Of a DNA stretch of 64,000 nt, positions 46,963 to 58,576 are shown one piece after another. The stretch lies in NCBI GenBank assembly GCA_043228905.1, contig JBHGNT010000059.1, positions 62,001 to 126,000 of the forward strand. Reading direction: 5' to 3'. Every line of letters starts with the position of its first letter. Positions within the stretch are counted from its first letter, which is position 1. A program made the translations under genes and the position numbers. The stretch comes from Azolla caroliniana. Lineage: Eukaryota; Plantae; Polypodiophyta. The notes under the pieces are model-generated. The model did no database searches and was not told where the DNA came from. It saw only the letters and a program-made list of their open reading frames with translations.

Positions 46963-48039
46963 TTAAAAGTGGCGAATACAAGCGCGTGGGCGAAGATCAC
47001 ATTGTTGGAGAAGGCGAGAGGTTGCCACGCTTAGAAGTTGTTCCTCCTCACCGGCCTTGAAACGACGACGTTGTTCCTCATCTTGTCGTCCGGTCATGCG
47101 ATAACGGCACTCGTCCTCCTCGCGCTCGCTACTGTCTCTCTCTCGCTCGGCATCCTCTTCCCATTGACGACGTTCCCTTGACACTTGGCTATGGCGGTGA
47201 CCATCATTGCGTGCCTCTTCTCCGCTAATGTATAAGGCCTCGCGGAGGCGGTTGCAACGCTCTTCTACGGGGATTTGTTCCACGTTCCTGCAGCATCTTT
47301 CGGAGGGCCTTGCATATCGGCTGATTTCATCCCAAGAGGTGCGACGGCTTCGTCCACGTTCTTCCTTCTCATTACGTTCTTGTAGGTGGCGGACCTGCCC
47401 ATCGACGAAGTTTTGGCACTCTTGCCTCAACTCTCGGTCTCGTGGCTCATCGCGATCGCGGCCGCGACGATCCCGTTCCTCTTCGGACTCTCTCTTGTTG
47501 TCTCTGCGACGTCCTTCATCGAGGGATCCTTCACGACGTCGATCGCGCCTCTCCTGCTCGACATCCTCCTCCCTACGTCGATCGCGCCTCTCGTCGCGTG
47601 ACTCATCACGATCGCGACCGCGACGATCCCGTTCCTCTTCGGACTCTCTCTTGTTGTCTCCGTAGCGCCCCTCCTCGATGGACCCCTCGCGACGTCCCCC
47701 GCGCCTCTCCTCATCGAAATCCTCCTCCCTGCGTCGATCGCGCCTCTCCTCACGTGGCTCATCGCGATCGTGACTGCGACGATCCCAGTCCTCATCCGAC
47801 CCTCTCTTGTTGTCTCTGTAGCGCCTCTCATCGATGGATCCCTCACGACGTCCGCTGCGCCTCTCCTCGTCGACATCCTCCTCCCTACGTCGATCGCGTC
47901 TCTCCTCGTCAATGTCTCCCTCTCTTCGTCGATCGCGCCTCTCCTCTTCGCGATCCCGTCCTACAGATCTAGCATTGGCCGCGCCGCAGGCGGCTAGCAT
48001 GATAACCGCCATGAGGAATATGATAGTGAGCTTCGCCAT
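46963..48039 (-). CDS. 2S-albumin-like R/E/D-rich secreted protein (R85W, R311C)
   Basis: Full 358-aa ORF. Confidence 0.85.
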   Translation of the reverse strand: MAKLTIIFLMAVIMLAACGAANARSVGRDREEERRDRRREGDIDEERRDRRREEDVDEERRSGRREGSIDERRYRDNKRGSDEDWDRRSHDRDEPREERRDRRREEDFDEERRGGRREGSIEEGRYGDNKRESEEERDRRGRDRDESRDERRDRRREEDVEQERRDRRREGSLDEGRRRDNKRESEEERDRRGRDRDEPRDRELRQECQNFVDGQVRHLQERNEKEERGRSRRTSWDEISRYARPSERCCRNVEQIPVEERCNRLREALYISGEEARNDGHRHSQVSRERRQWEEDAERERDSSEREEDECRYRMTGRQDEEQRRRFKAGEEEQLLSVATSRLLQQCDLRPRACIRHF

Positions 48040-49162
48040 TGCTTGTGTTCGGAACTACCCCGGTTCTCTCTCCGCCTATTTGAGTGTGTCATGGTTGATC
48101 CACCCTTATATACACAAGGCCATGCATGTCTAGTACATGCATGTCCCTTCCCTTGTCCATTCCTATAGACGTTAATGGCATGATCCATACTTGGGCCACG
48201 GAAGAGACCATTCACTTTTCACCACCCCCCTTTACGTGTCCAGGATCCTCCTGCTTCGACCTACCATATCACTAGCCCTATACTCACCTCCATCACACCA
48301 GGAGTGGGATTATGCACTTGGGCATTTCAAATCTACTAACCTATGGACGCTTCGTCCATATTGCAACGTAGACAGTATGTAACCTCATGATAGCCACCTA
48401 CACATGTGATGCCATTGAGGTTGTAGAGTGCGTATGGGCCTCGTAAAACGAGGATAAGGTGGTGAGAAAAGGTTTTTAGGGTGTTGGTTCTCTCCACGAA
48501 AACGTGCTCGGTGGTTGTGGCCACGAGGGAGTTTAGAATCCATTGCGACCAACATACGGACGACGACACGCGTTTTCATTGTGATTACAAGATCCGTCGT
48601 CGTTGTGGACGCTGCAACCATCGGAGGAATATGAAGGTGGCACCATTCAAGGACAACATTTCTAGGTGAAACATGCGTGGGTTGGTTGGTTCACACGATG
48701 ATGAAAATGGTAGATAGACATGGGAATGTCATGTGGAATCATGTTTGTAGTAGGAGTTACGATCAGCCACTACTATTGCGCACATCATGGTACGGCGAGA
48801 CACGGCATTGTATGAGGGTGGCTTCAATACAACATTGTGATGGCATCGACGTTTGACGAGTTTCGCGTTGCTCGTGAGAGAGATAGCGATAGATGGATAG
48901 CGATAGATATAGGTAGGGTGGGAGTGGGTAGTGAGCGTGTGGGCACGTTACCTAATCATGTGTGCGTGGAGTTTCATTTTGCTTGTGCAATGAGCGAGCG
49001 AGGGCACGCGACCTGATCGTGCGTGCGTGCGTGCGTGTTGTGCGCGAGCGTGGGAGAAATATGATTGAGAGGGTTATGAGAACGTCAAGACACCACACAG
49101 AGCACACCATTTACATTTACGATGTTCAGAAAGTGTATAGTTGAAAAAGTTATGTACGTTCT

Positions 49163-50239
49163 TTAAAAGTGGCGAATACAAGCGCGTGGGCGAAGATCAC
49201 ATTGTTGGAGAAGGCGAGAGGTTGCCACGCTTAGAAGTTGTTCCTCCTCACCGGCCTTGAAACGACGACGTTGTTCCTCATCTTGTCGTCCGGTCATGCG
49301 ATAACGGCGCTCGTCCTCCTCGCGCTCGCTACTGTCTCTCTCTCGCTCGGCATCCTCTTCCCATTGACGACGTTCCCTTGACACTTGGCTATGGCGGTGA
49401 CCATCATTGCGTGCCTCTTCTCCGCTAATGTATAAGGCCTCGCGGAGGCGGTTGCAACGCTCTTCTACGGGGATTTGTTCCACGTTCCTGCAGCATCTTT
49501 CGGAGGGCCTTGCATATCGGCTGATTTCATCCCAAGAGGTGCGACGGCTTCGTCCACGTTCTTCCTTCTCATTACGTTCTTGTAGGTGGCGGACCTGCCC
49601 ATCGACGAAGTTTTGGCACTCTTGCCTCAACTCTCGGTCTCGTGGCTCATCGCGATCGCGGCCGCGACGATCCCGTTCCTCTTCGGACTCTCTCTTGTTG
49701 TCTCTGCGACGTCCTTCATCGAGGGATCCTTCACGACGTCGGTCGCGCCTCTCCTGCTCGACATCCTCCTCCCTACGTCGATCGCGCCTCTCGTCGCGTG
49801 ACTCATCACGATCGCGACCGCGACGATCCCGTTCCTCTTCGGACTCTCTCTTGTTGTCTCCGTCGCGCCCCTCCTCGATGGACCCCTCGCGACGTCCCCC
49901 GCGCCTCTCCTCATCGAAATCCTCCTCCCTGCGTCGATCGCGCCTCTCCTCACGTGGCTCATCGCGATCGTGACTGCGACGATCCCGGTCCTCATCCGAC
50001 CCTCTCTTGTTGTCTCTGTAGCGCCTCTCATCGATGGATCCCTCACGACGTCCGCTGCGCCTCTCCTCGTCGACATCCTCCTCCCTACGTCGATCGCGTC
50101 TCTCCTCGTCAATGTCTCCCTCTCTTCGTCGATCGCGCCTCTCCTCTTCGCGATCCCGTCCTACAGATCTAGCATTGGCCGCGCCGCAGGCGGCTAGCAT
50201 GATAACCGCCATGAGGAATATGATAGTGAGCTTCGCCAT
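49163..50239 (-). CDS. 2S-albumin-like R/E/D-rich secreted protein (Y126D)
   Basis: Full 358-aa ORF. Confidence 0.85.
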   Translation of the reverse strand: MAKLTIIFLMAVIMLAACGAANARSVGRDREEERRDRRREGDIDEERRDRRREEDVDEERRSGRREGSIDERRYRDNKRGSDEDRDRRSHDRDEPREERRDRRREEDFDEERRGGRREGSIEEGRDGDNKRESEEERDRRGRDRDESRDERRDRRREEDVEQERRDRRREGSLDEGRRRDNKRESEEERDRRGRDRDEPRDRELRQECQNFVDGQVRHLQERNEKEERGRSRRTSWDEISRYARPSERCCRNVEQIPVEERCNRLREALYISGEEARNDGHRHSQVSRERRQWEEDAERERDSSEREEDERRYRMTGRQDEEQRRRFKAGEEEQLLSVATSRLLQQCDLRPRACIRHF

Positions 50240-51348
50240 TGCTTGTGTTCGGAACTACCCCGGTTCTCTCTCCGCCTATTTGAGCGTGTCATGGTTGATC
50301 CACCCTTATATACACAAGGCCATGCATGTCTAGTACATGCATGTCCCTTCCCTTGTCCATTCCTATAGACGTTAATGGCATGATCCATACTTGGGCCACG
50401 GAAGAGACCATTCACTTTTCACCACCCCCCTTTACGTGTCCAGGATCCTCCTGCTTCGACCTACCATATCACTAGCCCTATACTCACCTCCATCACACCA
50501 GGAGTGGGATTATGCACTTGGGCATTTCAAATCTACTAACCTATGGACGCTTCGTCCATATTGCAACGTAGACAGTATGTAACCTCATGATAGCCACCTA
50601 CACATGTGATGCCATTGAGGTTGTAGAGTGCGTATGGGCCTCGTAAAACGAGGATAAGGTGGTGAGAAAAGGTTTTTAGGGTGTTGGTTCTCTCCACGAA
50701 AACGTGCTCGGTGGTTGTGGCCACGAGGGAGTTTAGAATCCATTGCGACCAACATACGGACGACGACACGCGTTTTCATTGTGATTACAAGATCCCTCGT
50801 CGTTGTGGACGCTGCAACCACCGGAGGAATATGAAGGTGGCACCATTCAAGGACAACATTTCTAGGTGAAACATGCGTGGGTTGGTTGGTTCACACGATG
50901 ATGAAAATGGTAGATAGACATGGGAATGTCATGTGGAATCATGTTTGTAGTAGGAGTTACGATCAGCCACTACTATTGCGCACATCATGGTACGGCGAGA
51001 CACGGCATTGTATGAGGGTGGCTTCAATACAACATTGTGATGGCATCGACGTTTGACGAGTTTCGCGTTGCTCGTGAGAGAGATAGCGATAGATATAGGT
51101 AGGGTGGGAGTGGGTAGTGTGCGTGTGGGCACGTTACCTAATCATGTGTGCGTGGAGTTTCATTTTGCTTGTGCAATGAGCGAGCGAGGGCACGCGACCT
51201 GATCGTGCGTGCGTGCGTGCGTGTTGTGCGCGAGCGTGGGAGAAATATGATTGAGAGGGTTATGAGAACGTCAAGACACCACACAGAGCACACCATTTAC
51301 ATTTACGATGTTCAGAAAGTGTATAGTTGAAAAAGTTATGTACGTTCT

Positions 51349-52425
51349 TTAAAAGTGGCGAATACAAGCGCGTGGGCGAAGATCACATTGTTGGAGAAGG
51401 CGAGAGGTTGCCACGCTTAGAAGTTGTTCCTCCTCACCGGCCTTGAAACGACGACGTTGTTCCTCATCTTGTCGTCCGGTCATGCGATAACGGCGCTCGT
51501 CCTCCTCGCGCTCGCTACTGTCTCTCTCTCGCTCGGCATCCTCTTCCCATTGACGACGTTCCCTTGACACTTGGCTATGGCGGTGACCATCATTGCGTGC
51601 CTCTTCTCCGCTAATGTATAAGGCCTCGCGGAGGCGGTTGCAACGCTCTTCTACGGGGATTTGTTCCACGTTCCTGCAGCATCTTTCGGAGGGCCTTGCA
51701 TATCGGCTGATTTCATCCCAAGAGGTGCGACGGCTTCGTCCACGTTCTTCCTTCTCATTACGTTCTTGTAGGTGGCGGACCTGCCCATCGACGAAGTTTT
51801 GGCACTCTTGCCTCAACTCTCGGTCTCGTGGCTCATCGCGATCGCGGCCGCGACGATCCCGTTCCTCTTCGGACTCTCTCTTGTTGTCTCTGCGACGTCC
51901 TTCATCGAGGGATCCTTCACGACGTCGGTCGCGCCTCTCCTGCTCGACATCCTCCTCCCTACGTCGATCGCGCCTCTCGTCGCGTGACTCATCACGATCG
52001 CGACCGCGACGATCCCGTTCCTCTTCGGACTCTCTCTTGTTGTCTCCGTAGCGCCCCTCCTCGATGGACCCCTCGCGACGTCCCCCGCGCCTCTCCTCAT
52101 CGAAATCCTCCTCCCTGCGTCGATCGCGCCTCTCCTCACGTGGCTCATCGCGATCGTGACTGCGACGATCCCGGTCCTCATCCGACCCTCTCTTGTTGTC
52201 TCTGTAGCGCCTCTCATCGATGGATCCCTCACGACGTCCGCTGCGCCTCTCCTCGTCGACATCCTCCTCCCTACGTCGATCGCGTCTCTCCTCGTCAATG
52301 TCTCCCTCTCTTCGTCGATCGCGCCTCTCCTCTTCGCGATCCCGTCCTACAGATCTAGCATTGGCCGCGCCGCAGGCGGCTAGCATGATAACCGCCATGA
52401 GGAATATGATAGTGAGCTTCGCCAT
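51349..52425 (-). CDS. 2S-albumin-like R/E/D-rich secreted protein
   Basis: Full 358-aa ORF, consensus protein. Confidence 0.85.
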   Translation of the reverse strand: MAKLTIIFLMAVIMLAACGAANARSVGRDREEERRDRRREGDIDEERRDRRREEDVDEERRSGRREGSIDERRYRDNKRGSDEDRDRRSHDRDEPREERRDRRREEDFDEERRGGRREGSIEEGRYGDNKRESEEERDRRGRDRDESRDERRDRRREEDVEQERRDRRREGSLDEGRRRDNKRESEEERDRRGRDRDEPRDRELRQECQNFVDGQVRHLQERNEKEERGRSRRTSWDEISRYARPSERCCRNVEQIPVEERCNRLREALYISGEEARNDGHRHSQVSRERRQWEEDAERERDSSEREEDERRYRMTGRQDEEQRRRFKAGEEEQLLSVATSRLLQQCDLRPRACIRHF

Positions 52426-53534
52426 TGCTTGTGTTCGGAACTACCCCGGTTCTCTCTCCGCCTATTTGAGGGTGTCATGGTTGATCCACCCTTATATACA
52501 CAAGGCCATGCATGTCTAGTACATGCATGTCCCTTCCCACGTCCATTCCTATAGACGTTAATGGCATGATCCATACTTGGGCCACGGAAGAGACCATTCA
52601 CTTTTCACCACCCCCCTTTACGTGTCCAGGATCCTCCTGCTTCGACCTACCATATCACTAGCCCTATACTCACCTCCATCACACCAGGAGTGGGATTATG
52701 CACTTGGGCATTTCAAATCTACTAACCTATGGACGCTTCGTCCATATTGCAACGTAGACAGTATGTAACCTCATGATAGCCACCTACACATGTGATGCCA
52801 TTGAGGTTGTAGAGTGCGTATGGGCCTCGTAAAACGAGGATAAGGTGGTGAGAAAAGGTTTTTAGGGTGTTGGTTCTCTCCACGAAAACGTGCTCGGTGG
52901 TTGTGGCCACGAGGGAGTTTAGAATCCATTGCGACCAACATACGGACGACGACACGCGTTTTCATTGTGATTACAAGATCCGTCGTCGTTGTGGACGCTG
53001 CAACCACCGGAGGAATATGAAGGTGGCACCATTCAAGGACAACATTTCTAGGTGAAACATGCGTGGGTTGGTTGGTTCACACGATGATGAAAATGGTAGA
53101 TAGACATGGGAATGTCATGTGGAATCATGTTTGTAGTAGGAGTTACGATCAGCCACTACTATTGCGCACATCATGGTACGGCGAGACACGGCATTGTATG
53201 AGGGTGGCTTCAATACAACATTGTGATGGCATCGACGTTTGACGAGTTTCGCGTTGCTCGTGAGAGAGATAGCGATAGATATAGGTAGGGTGGGAGTGGG
53301 TAGTGTGCGTGTGGGCACGTTACCTAATCATGTGTGCGTGGAGTTTCATTTTGCTTGTGCAATGAGCGAGCGAGGGCACGCGACCTGATCGTGCGTGCGT
53401 GCGTGCGTGTTGTGCGCGAGCGTGGGAGAAATATGATTGAGAGGGTTATGAGAACGTCAAGACACCACACAGAGCACACCATTTACATTTACGATGTTCA
53501 GAAAGTGTATAGTTGAAAAAGTTATGTACGTTCT

Positions 53535-54611
53535 TTAAAAGTGGCGAATACAAGCGCGTGGGCGAAGATCACATTGTTGGAGAAGGCGAGAGGTTGCCAC
53601 GCTTAGAAGTTGTTCCTCCTCACCGGCCTTGAAACGACGACGTTGTTCCTCATCTTGTCGTCCGGTCATGCGATAACGGCGCTCGTCCTCCTCGCGCTCG
53701 CTACTGTCTCTCTCTCGCTCGGCATCCTCTTCCCATTGACGACGTTCCCTTGACACTTGGCTATGGCGGTGACCATCATTGCGTGCCTCTTCTCCGCTAA
53801 TGTATAAGGCCTCGCGGAGGCGGTTGCAACGCTCTTCTACGGGGATTTGTTCCACGTTCCTGCAGCATCTTTCGGAGGGCCTTGCATATCGGCTGATTTC
53901 ATCCCAAGAGGTGCGACGGCTTCGTCCACGTTCTTCCTTCTCATTACGTTCTTGTAGGTGGCGGACCTGCCCATCGACGAAGTTTTGGCACTCTTGCCTC
54001 AACTCTCGGTCTCGTGGCTCATCGCGATCGCGGCCGCGACGATCCCGTTCCTCTTCGGACTCTCTCTTGTTGTCTCTGCGACGTCCTTCATCGAGGGATC
54101 CTTCACGACGTCGGTCGCGCCTCTCCTGCTCGACATCCTCCTCCCTACGTCGATCGCGCCTCTCGTCGCGTGACTCATCACGATCGCGACCGCGACGATC
54201 CCGTTCCTCTTCGGACTCTCTCTTGTTGTCTCCGTAGCGCCCCTCCTCGATGGACCCCTCGCGACGTCCCCCGCGCCTCTCCTCATCGAAATCCTCCTCC
54301 CTGCGTCGATCGCGCCTCTCCTCACGTGGCTCATCGCGATCGTGACTGCGACGATCCCGGTCCTCATCCGACCCTCTCTTGTTGTCTCTGTAGCGCCTCT
54401 CATCGATGGATCCCTCACGACGTCCGCTGCGCCTCTCCTCGTCGACATCCTCCTCCCTACGTCGATCGCGTCTCTCCTCGTCAATGTCTCCCTCTCTTCG
54501 TCGATCGCGCCTCTCCTCTTCGCGATCCCGTCCTACAGATCTAGCATTGGCCGCGCCGCAGGCGGCTAGCATGATAACCGCCATGAGGAATATGATAGTG
54601 AGCTTCGCCAT
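53535..54611 (-). CDS. 2S-albumin-like R/E/D-rich secreted protein
   Basis: Full 358-aa ORF, consensus protein. Confidence 0.85.
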   Translation of the reverse strand: MAKLTIIFLMAVIMLAACGAANARSVGRDREEERRDRRREGDIDEERRDRRREEDVDEERRSGRREGSIDERRYRDNKRGSDEDRDRRSHDRDEPREERRDRRREEDFDEERRGGRREGSIEEGRYGDNKRESEEERDRRGRDRDESRDERRDRRREEDVEQERRDRRREGSLDEGRRRDNKRESEEERDRRGRDRDEPRDRELRQECQNFVDGQVRHLQERNEKEERGRSRRTSWDEISRYARPSERCCRNVEQIPVEERCNRLREALYISGEEARNDGHRHSQVSRERRQWEEDAERERDSSEREEDERRYRMTGRQDEEQRRRFKAGEEEQLLSVATSRLLQQCDLRPRACIRHF

Positions 54612-55643
54612 TGCTTGTGTTCGGAACTACCCCGGTTCTCTCTCCGCCTATTTGAGTGTGTCATGGTTGATCCACCCTTATATACACAAGGCCATGCATG
54701 TCTAGTACATGCATGTCCCTTCCCACGTCCATTCCTATAGACGTTAATGGCATGATCCATACTTGGGCCACGGAAGAGACCATTCACTTTTCACCACCCC
54801 CCTTTACGTGTCCAGGATCCTCCTGCTTCGACCTACCATATCACTAGCCCTATACTCACCTCCATCACACCAGGAGTGGGATTATGCACTTGGGCATTTC
54901 AAATCTACTAACCTATGGACGCTTCGTCCATATTGCAACGTAGACAGTATGTAACCTCATGATAGCCACCTACACATGTGATGCCATTGAGGTTGTAGAG
55001 TGCGTATGGGCCTCGTAAAACGAGGATAAGGTGGTGAGAAAAGGTTTTTAGGGTGTTGGTTCTCTCCACGAAAACGTGCTCGGTGGTTGTGGCCACGAGG
55101 GAGTTTAGAATCCATTGCGACCAACATACGGACGACGACACGCGTTTTCATTGTGATTACAAGATCCGTCGTCGTTGTGGACGCTGCAACCACCGGAGGA
55201 ATATGAAGGTGGCACCATTCAAGGACAACATTTCTAGGTGAAACATGCGTGGGTTGGTTGGTTCACACGATGATGACAATGGTAGATAGACATGGGAATG
55301 TCATGTGGAATCATGTTTGTAGTAGGAGTTACGATCAGCCACTACTATTGCGCACATCATGGTACAGCGAGACACGGCATTGTATGAGGGTGGCTTCAAT
55401 ACAACATTGTGATGGCATCGACGTTTGACGAGTTTCGCGTTGCTCGTGAGAGAGATAGCGATAGATATAGGTAGGGTGGGAGTGGGTAGTGTGCGTGTGG
55501 GCACGTTACCTAATCATGTGTGCGTGGAGTTTCATTTTGCTTGTGCAATGAGCGAGCGAGGGCACGCGACCTGATCGTGCGAGCGTGCGTGCGTGTTGTG
55601 CGCGAGCGTGGGAGAAATATGATTGAGAGGGTTATGAGAACGT

Positions 55644-56515
55644 TGTCGTAGTGTATTTTGTACACTACGTGAAAAACGTATATAGTATTAGATTCAATAA
55701 AAAATGAAGAAATAGAAGAAAATAGCAAAATAAATGGAACATGCATAGGGCAAGATTCGAACCTTGCACCTCCATGTTAATAATGTAATGTCTTACCATT
55801 ACACTAGCATTTCATTAGTGTTAAAGTATAGATGTCCCACATAGAAAGGTAAATTCACGCTAGGATAAACATTAGAAAAACGCATAACAAAAGAAAAAGC
55901 TACACATACACATCTAGCGTGCATGATAAAAAACGCACAAGTTAGAAAAAGCATGATCACTTTAGATAAAGCATATAGTCTATCTATAGGAAAAGCATGA
56001 GCACTATATTTAGCAAATAAAAGCAAGGATTAGAAAAGCATCACATGCACATTTAGTGTGCATGAACATATTAGAAAAAAAGCATGTAGCTATGCTTAGT
56101 CTCTCCCATCACTACATAAGGATGGGGAGCACAATGTAATAGGTGTGTGAAAAATATTTGGGAAATTGGATATATTTCCTAAAACACCAATTAATATAAT
56201 CGTGGGATTCACGAAGTTTTATATAATCTATCTCTTTCAATCTAAATTCATATTCTTACATAATTATTGATTAATGTAATACTTGTGGGATTCACAAGGT
56301 TTGATCTCTTTTCTATTTCTACTCTAAACTATTCTAAACTATATCAATTTATTACTATGATTAGTACAAACTAAAACAACTCTACTTGTGGGATTCACAA
56401 GCTTCTAATAATCTATACATAATTAAAATCACCTCAAATTCTTCCTCTTCCTAGTCCAAAACCCCAGCGGTTCCCACCCAACTCACGCAACGATCCGGAG
56501 CCGAAAGGCACGACA
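55644..56515 (+). repeat. LTR type A (872 bp)
   Basis: Terminal inverted repeat TGTCGT/ACGACA, then CAGT and the PBS. Confidence 0.93.
55742..55813 (-). other. tRNA-derived Pol III A-box/B-box module inside the LTR (in all four full LTRs)
   Basis: Minus-strand TAGTGTAATGG at 55806-55796 and GGTTCGAATC at 55763-55754, 43 nt apart; B box within a GCAAG/CTTGC stem. No convincing acceptor or anticodon stem. Confidence 0.6.
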
Positions 56516-56553
56516 CAGTTGGTGAACCCGACGTGAAGACGGGTGGCAAGGAG

Positions 56554-58575
56554 ATGGAGAATCAACAAGAGGCGATGAACATGATGATGATAATGTTTGA
56601 GCGGATGCAACAAGAACAACGTGCGATGTCGGAGATGAAGGCGGCAGTAGAGCGGCTTCTGCGACGAAACGGGGAATTCAACGGTAAGGGTGTGTCACGC
56701 TACCTACGTGAATATAAGGCGGAGATGATGCAATATCGGATACCGGAAGGATTGCAAGTGATATCCTTTAGTCGGGTGGCCTCGGATGAACTACAAGAGA
56801 GAATCCACAAGATACAACAACAAAACTCGACATGGGAGTCCTTTGAAGAAGCTTTACGGGAGGCATATGACTATGAGAGATGGACGGGACGAGATCGACG
56901 AGAATTCGACGAATGGGTGGCGTCGGAGAAGACTCACCGAAGTGCAACGCAAGCGTTCCTAGAGTTCGAGCATCGTTTTGCTCGACTCTCGGAGCGGAAA
57001 CGACGATTGGTGGGAGAAGATAAAGTCTTAATGTTCGTAAGATCGATCGATCGGAAAGAAAGGATGGACATTGGGATCAAACTCGAAGATGATGACGGTG
57101 CGAACGGCCTTACCGAGGATTGGGCCAAAGTCGAAAGGGTATGCCGAAGACATGATGAAAGGAAGCTGAGAATCTCGTCAACAACGACATGGCCCATGAA
57201 GGATGGTCGATTGAGGAAAAACGATGAAGCCAATATGAAGGCCGAAATACAACATGATGGTACCACGGGAGAAAGAGTGGAACAAGACACCCACTCGTCT
57301 TGTGAAAGAACGATGGCGAAGGATAAGGCCGATAATTCAAGTGTAGAAGGAAATTTCGGGATACAAGTGCCCGAGACATCGGGTCAAAAAGGGGTAAGCA
57401 TAATAGATGTTTGCATAATTGATGCAGATAAAGAGTGTGAAGCGGATGTGATTAAGGAGGTAGCCACAAAAGACGAAATCGAATCGGAGGTGGCTATGGA
57501 CGAATCAATGGCGGATTGCCATATCGAGACTTCCCCACCACTGATTCCAGAGACTCCGGCGGTTGCGATCGAAAGGCAACGTGAGACCGAAGAGACGGAA
57601 GGTGGCGGAGAGAAAACGAATGTCGAAGCCGACGAATACGATGAAGAGATAGCCGAGAAGAATGCTAAGGGTGAAACTACGAAAGAAGGTAATACCGAGG
57701 ATTCATGCCAACAATATCTAGAGACTTCGTCGGTTGTGTCCGAGAACCAACGTGAGACCGGAGAGACGGGAGATGACGGCGAGGAAGGTAAAGTCGGAAG
57801 TCGGTTCGGATGGAAAATGATCCATCCGAAATTCCAATCTAAAAGAAAGTGCGACAATGCGGAGGTCGGGTCTACGACGGGAGAAGCGCGTAATACAGAG
57901 CATGCTCTACGGCGAATAAAGAAACGCGTGTTATTGCGAATAAAGAAGCACGCGCTACGGCGAGAAAAGAAGCATGCATTACAACCACACGAGGACCGAA
58001 CAACGAGCACATATCGGAGGACCTACGTGGCGAACAACGGAAAGAAGTGCCGAAAGTCGAACCGAACAAGGCAGGTGAAAACGAAGAAAAGAAAGCAAAT
58101 CCGGACGAAAAGAAAAGAAAAGAAACCGACCCGAAAGAGCACTGAATCGGTAAAAACCGATCAACCGAGTCCGGATCGACCGAATACAAATCGGAAAGGA
58201 AGCCGAACTAAACGAAAGACGATCCGACGAGACCGAATCGGAAGTAAGCTAATCCGACTAAACCGAAAATCCGAAAAGAAGTCGAGATTGATGAAGAAAA
58301 GAAAGAGGGCAAGAAAAGATACTACCGCGGATGACAAGGACCAAGCGGGCCATGCAAAAAGCGAACGAAGACTATGGTGGATCGGATGTCGACAATGGTT
58401 CGGGTGGAAAGAATGGATGTGCTCCAAATGGAGAGACAAAGTCAACATAACAAGAGAAGTCGAGGGTACTACGAGCCGGCAACGAAACCAATCGGGTAGA
58501 GACCGGACGGAGGAGACTAACAAACACCAACAACTTCGGCACATACCGGAGAATGTGCGGGTTTGGAGGGGGTGA
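56554..58575 (+). CDS. gag: Gag-like protein with long acidic then basic C-terminal extension
   Basis: GEFNGKGVSRYL..AEM and VLMFVRSID..GLTEDWAKVERVC align with GRFDGRDATKYL..AEM and VLLFVKSVD..GLTTDWAAVKKVC of the 38057 Gag. Confidence 0.85.
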   Translation: MENQQEAMNMMMIMFERMQQEQRAMSEMKAAVERLLRRNGEFNGKGVSRYLREYKAEMMQYRIPEGLQVISFSRVASDELQERIHKIQQQNSTWESFEEALREAYDYERWTGRDRREFDEWVASEKTHRSATQAFLEFEHRFARLSERKRRLVGEDKVLMFVRSIDRKERMDIGIKLEDDDGANGLTEDWAKVERVCRRHDERKLRISSTTTWPMKDGRLRKNDEANMKAEIQHDGTTGERVEQDTHSSCERTMAKDKADNSSVEGNFGIQVPETSGQKGVSIIDVCIIDADKECEADVIKEVATKDEIESEVAMDESMADCHIETSPPLIPETPAVAIERQRETEETEGGGEKTNVEADEYDEEIAEKNAKGETTKEGNTEDSCQQYLETSSVVSENQRETGETGDDGEEGKVGSRFGWKMIHPKFQSKRKCDNAEVGSTTGEARNTEHALRRIKKRVLLRIKKHALRREKKHALQPHEDRTTSTYRRTYVANNGKKCRKSNRTRQVKTKKRKQIRTKRKEKKPTRKSTESVKTDQPSPDRPNTNRKGSRTKRKTIRRDRIGSKLIRLNRKSEKKSRLMKKRKRARKDTTADDKDQAGHAKSERRLWWIGCRQWFGWKEWMCSKWRDKVNITREVEGTTSRQRNQSGRDRTEETNKHQQLRHIPENVRVWRG

Positions 58576-58576
58576 G

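Larger units (their letters stand above)
44535..55643. repeat. 2.2-kb tandem gene array, segment 3
   Basis: Periods 2200, 2200, 2186, 2186. Confidence 0.99.

Noticed and set aside
56200-56401. CRISPR-like array reading of the spaced hairpins (also 10135-10377)
   Set aside because: Eukaryotic retroelement context, short degenerate repeats, no cas genes.
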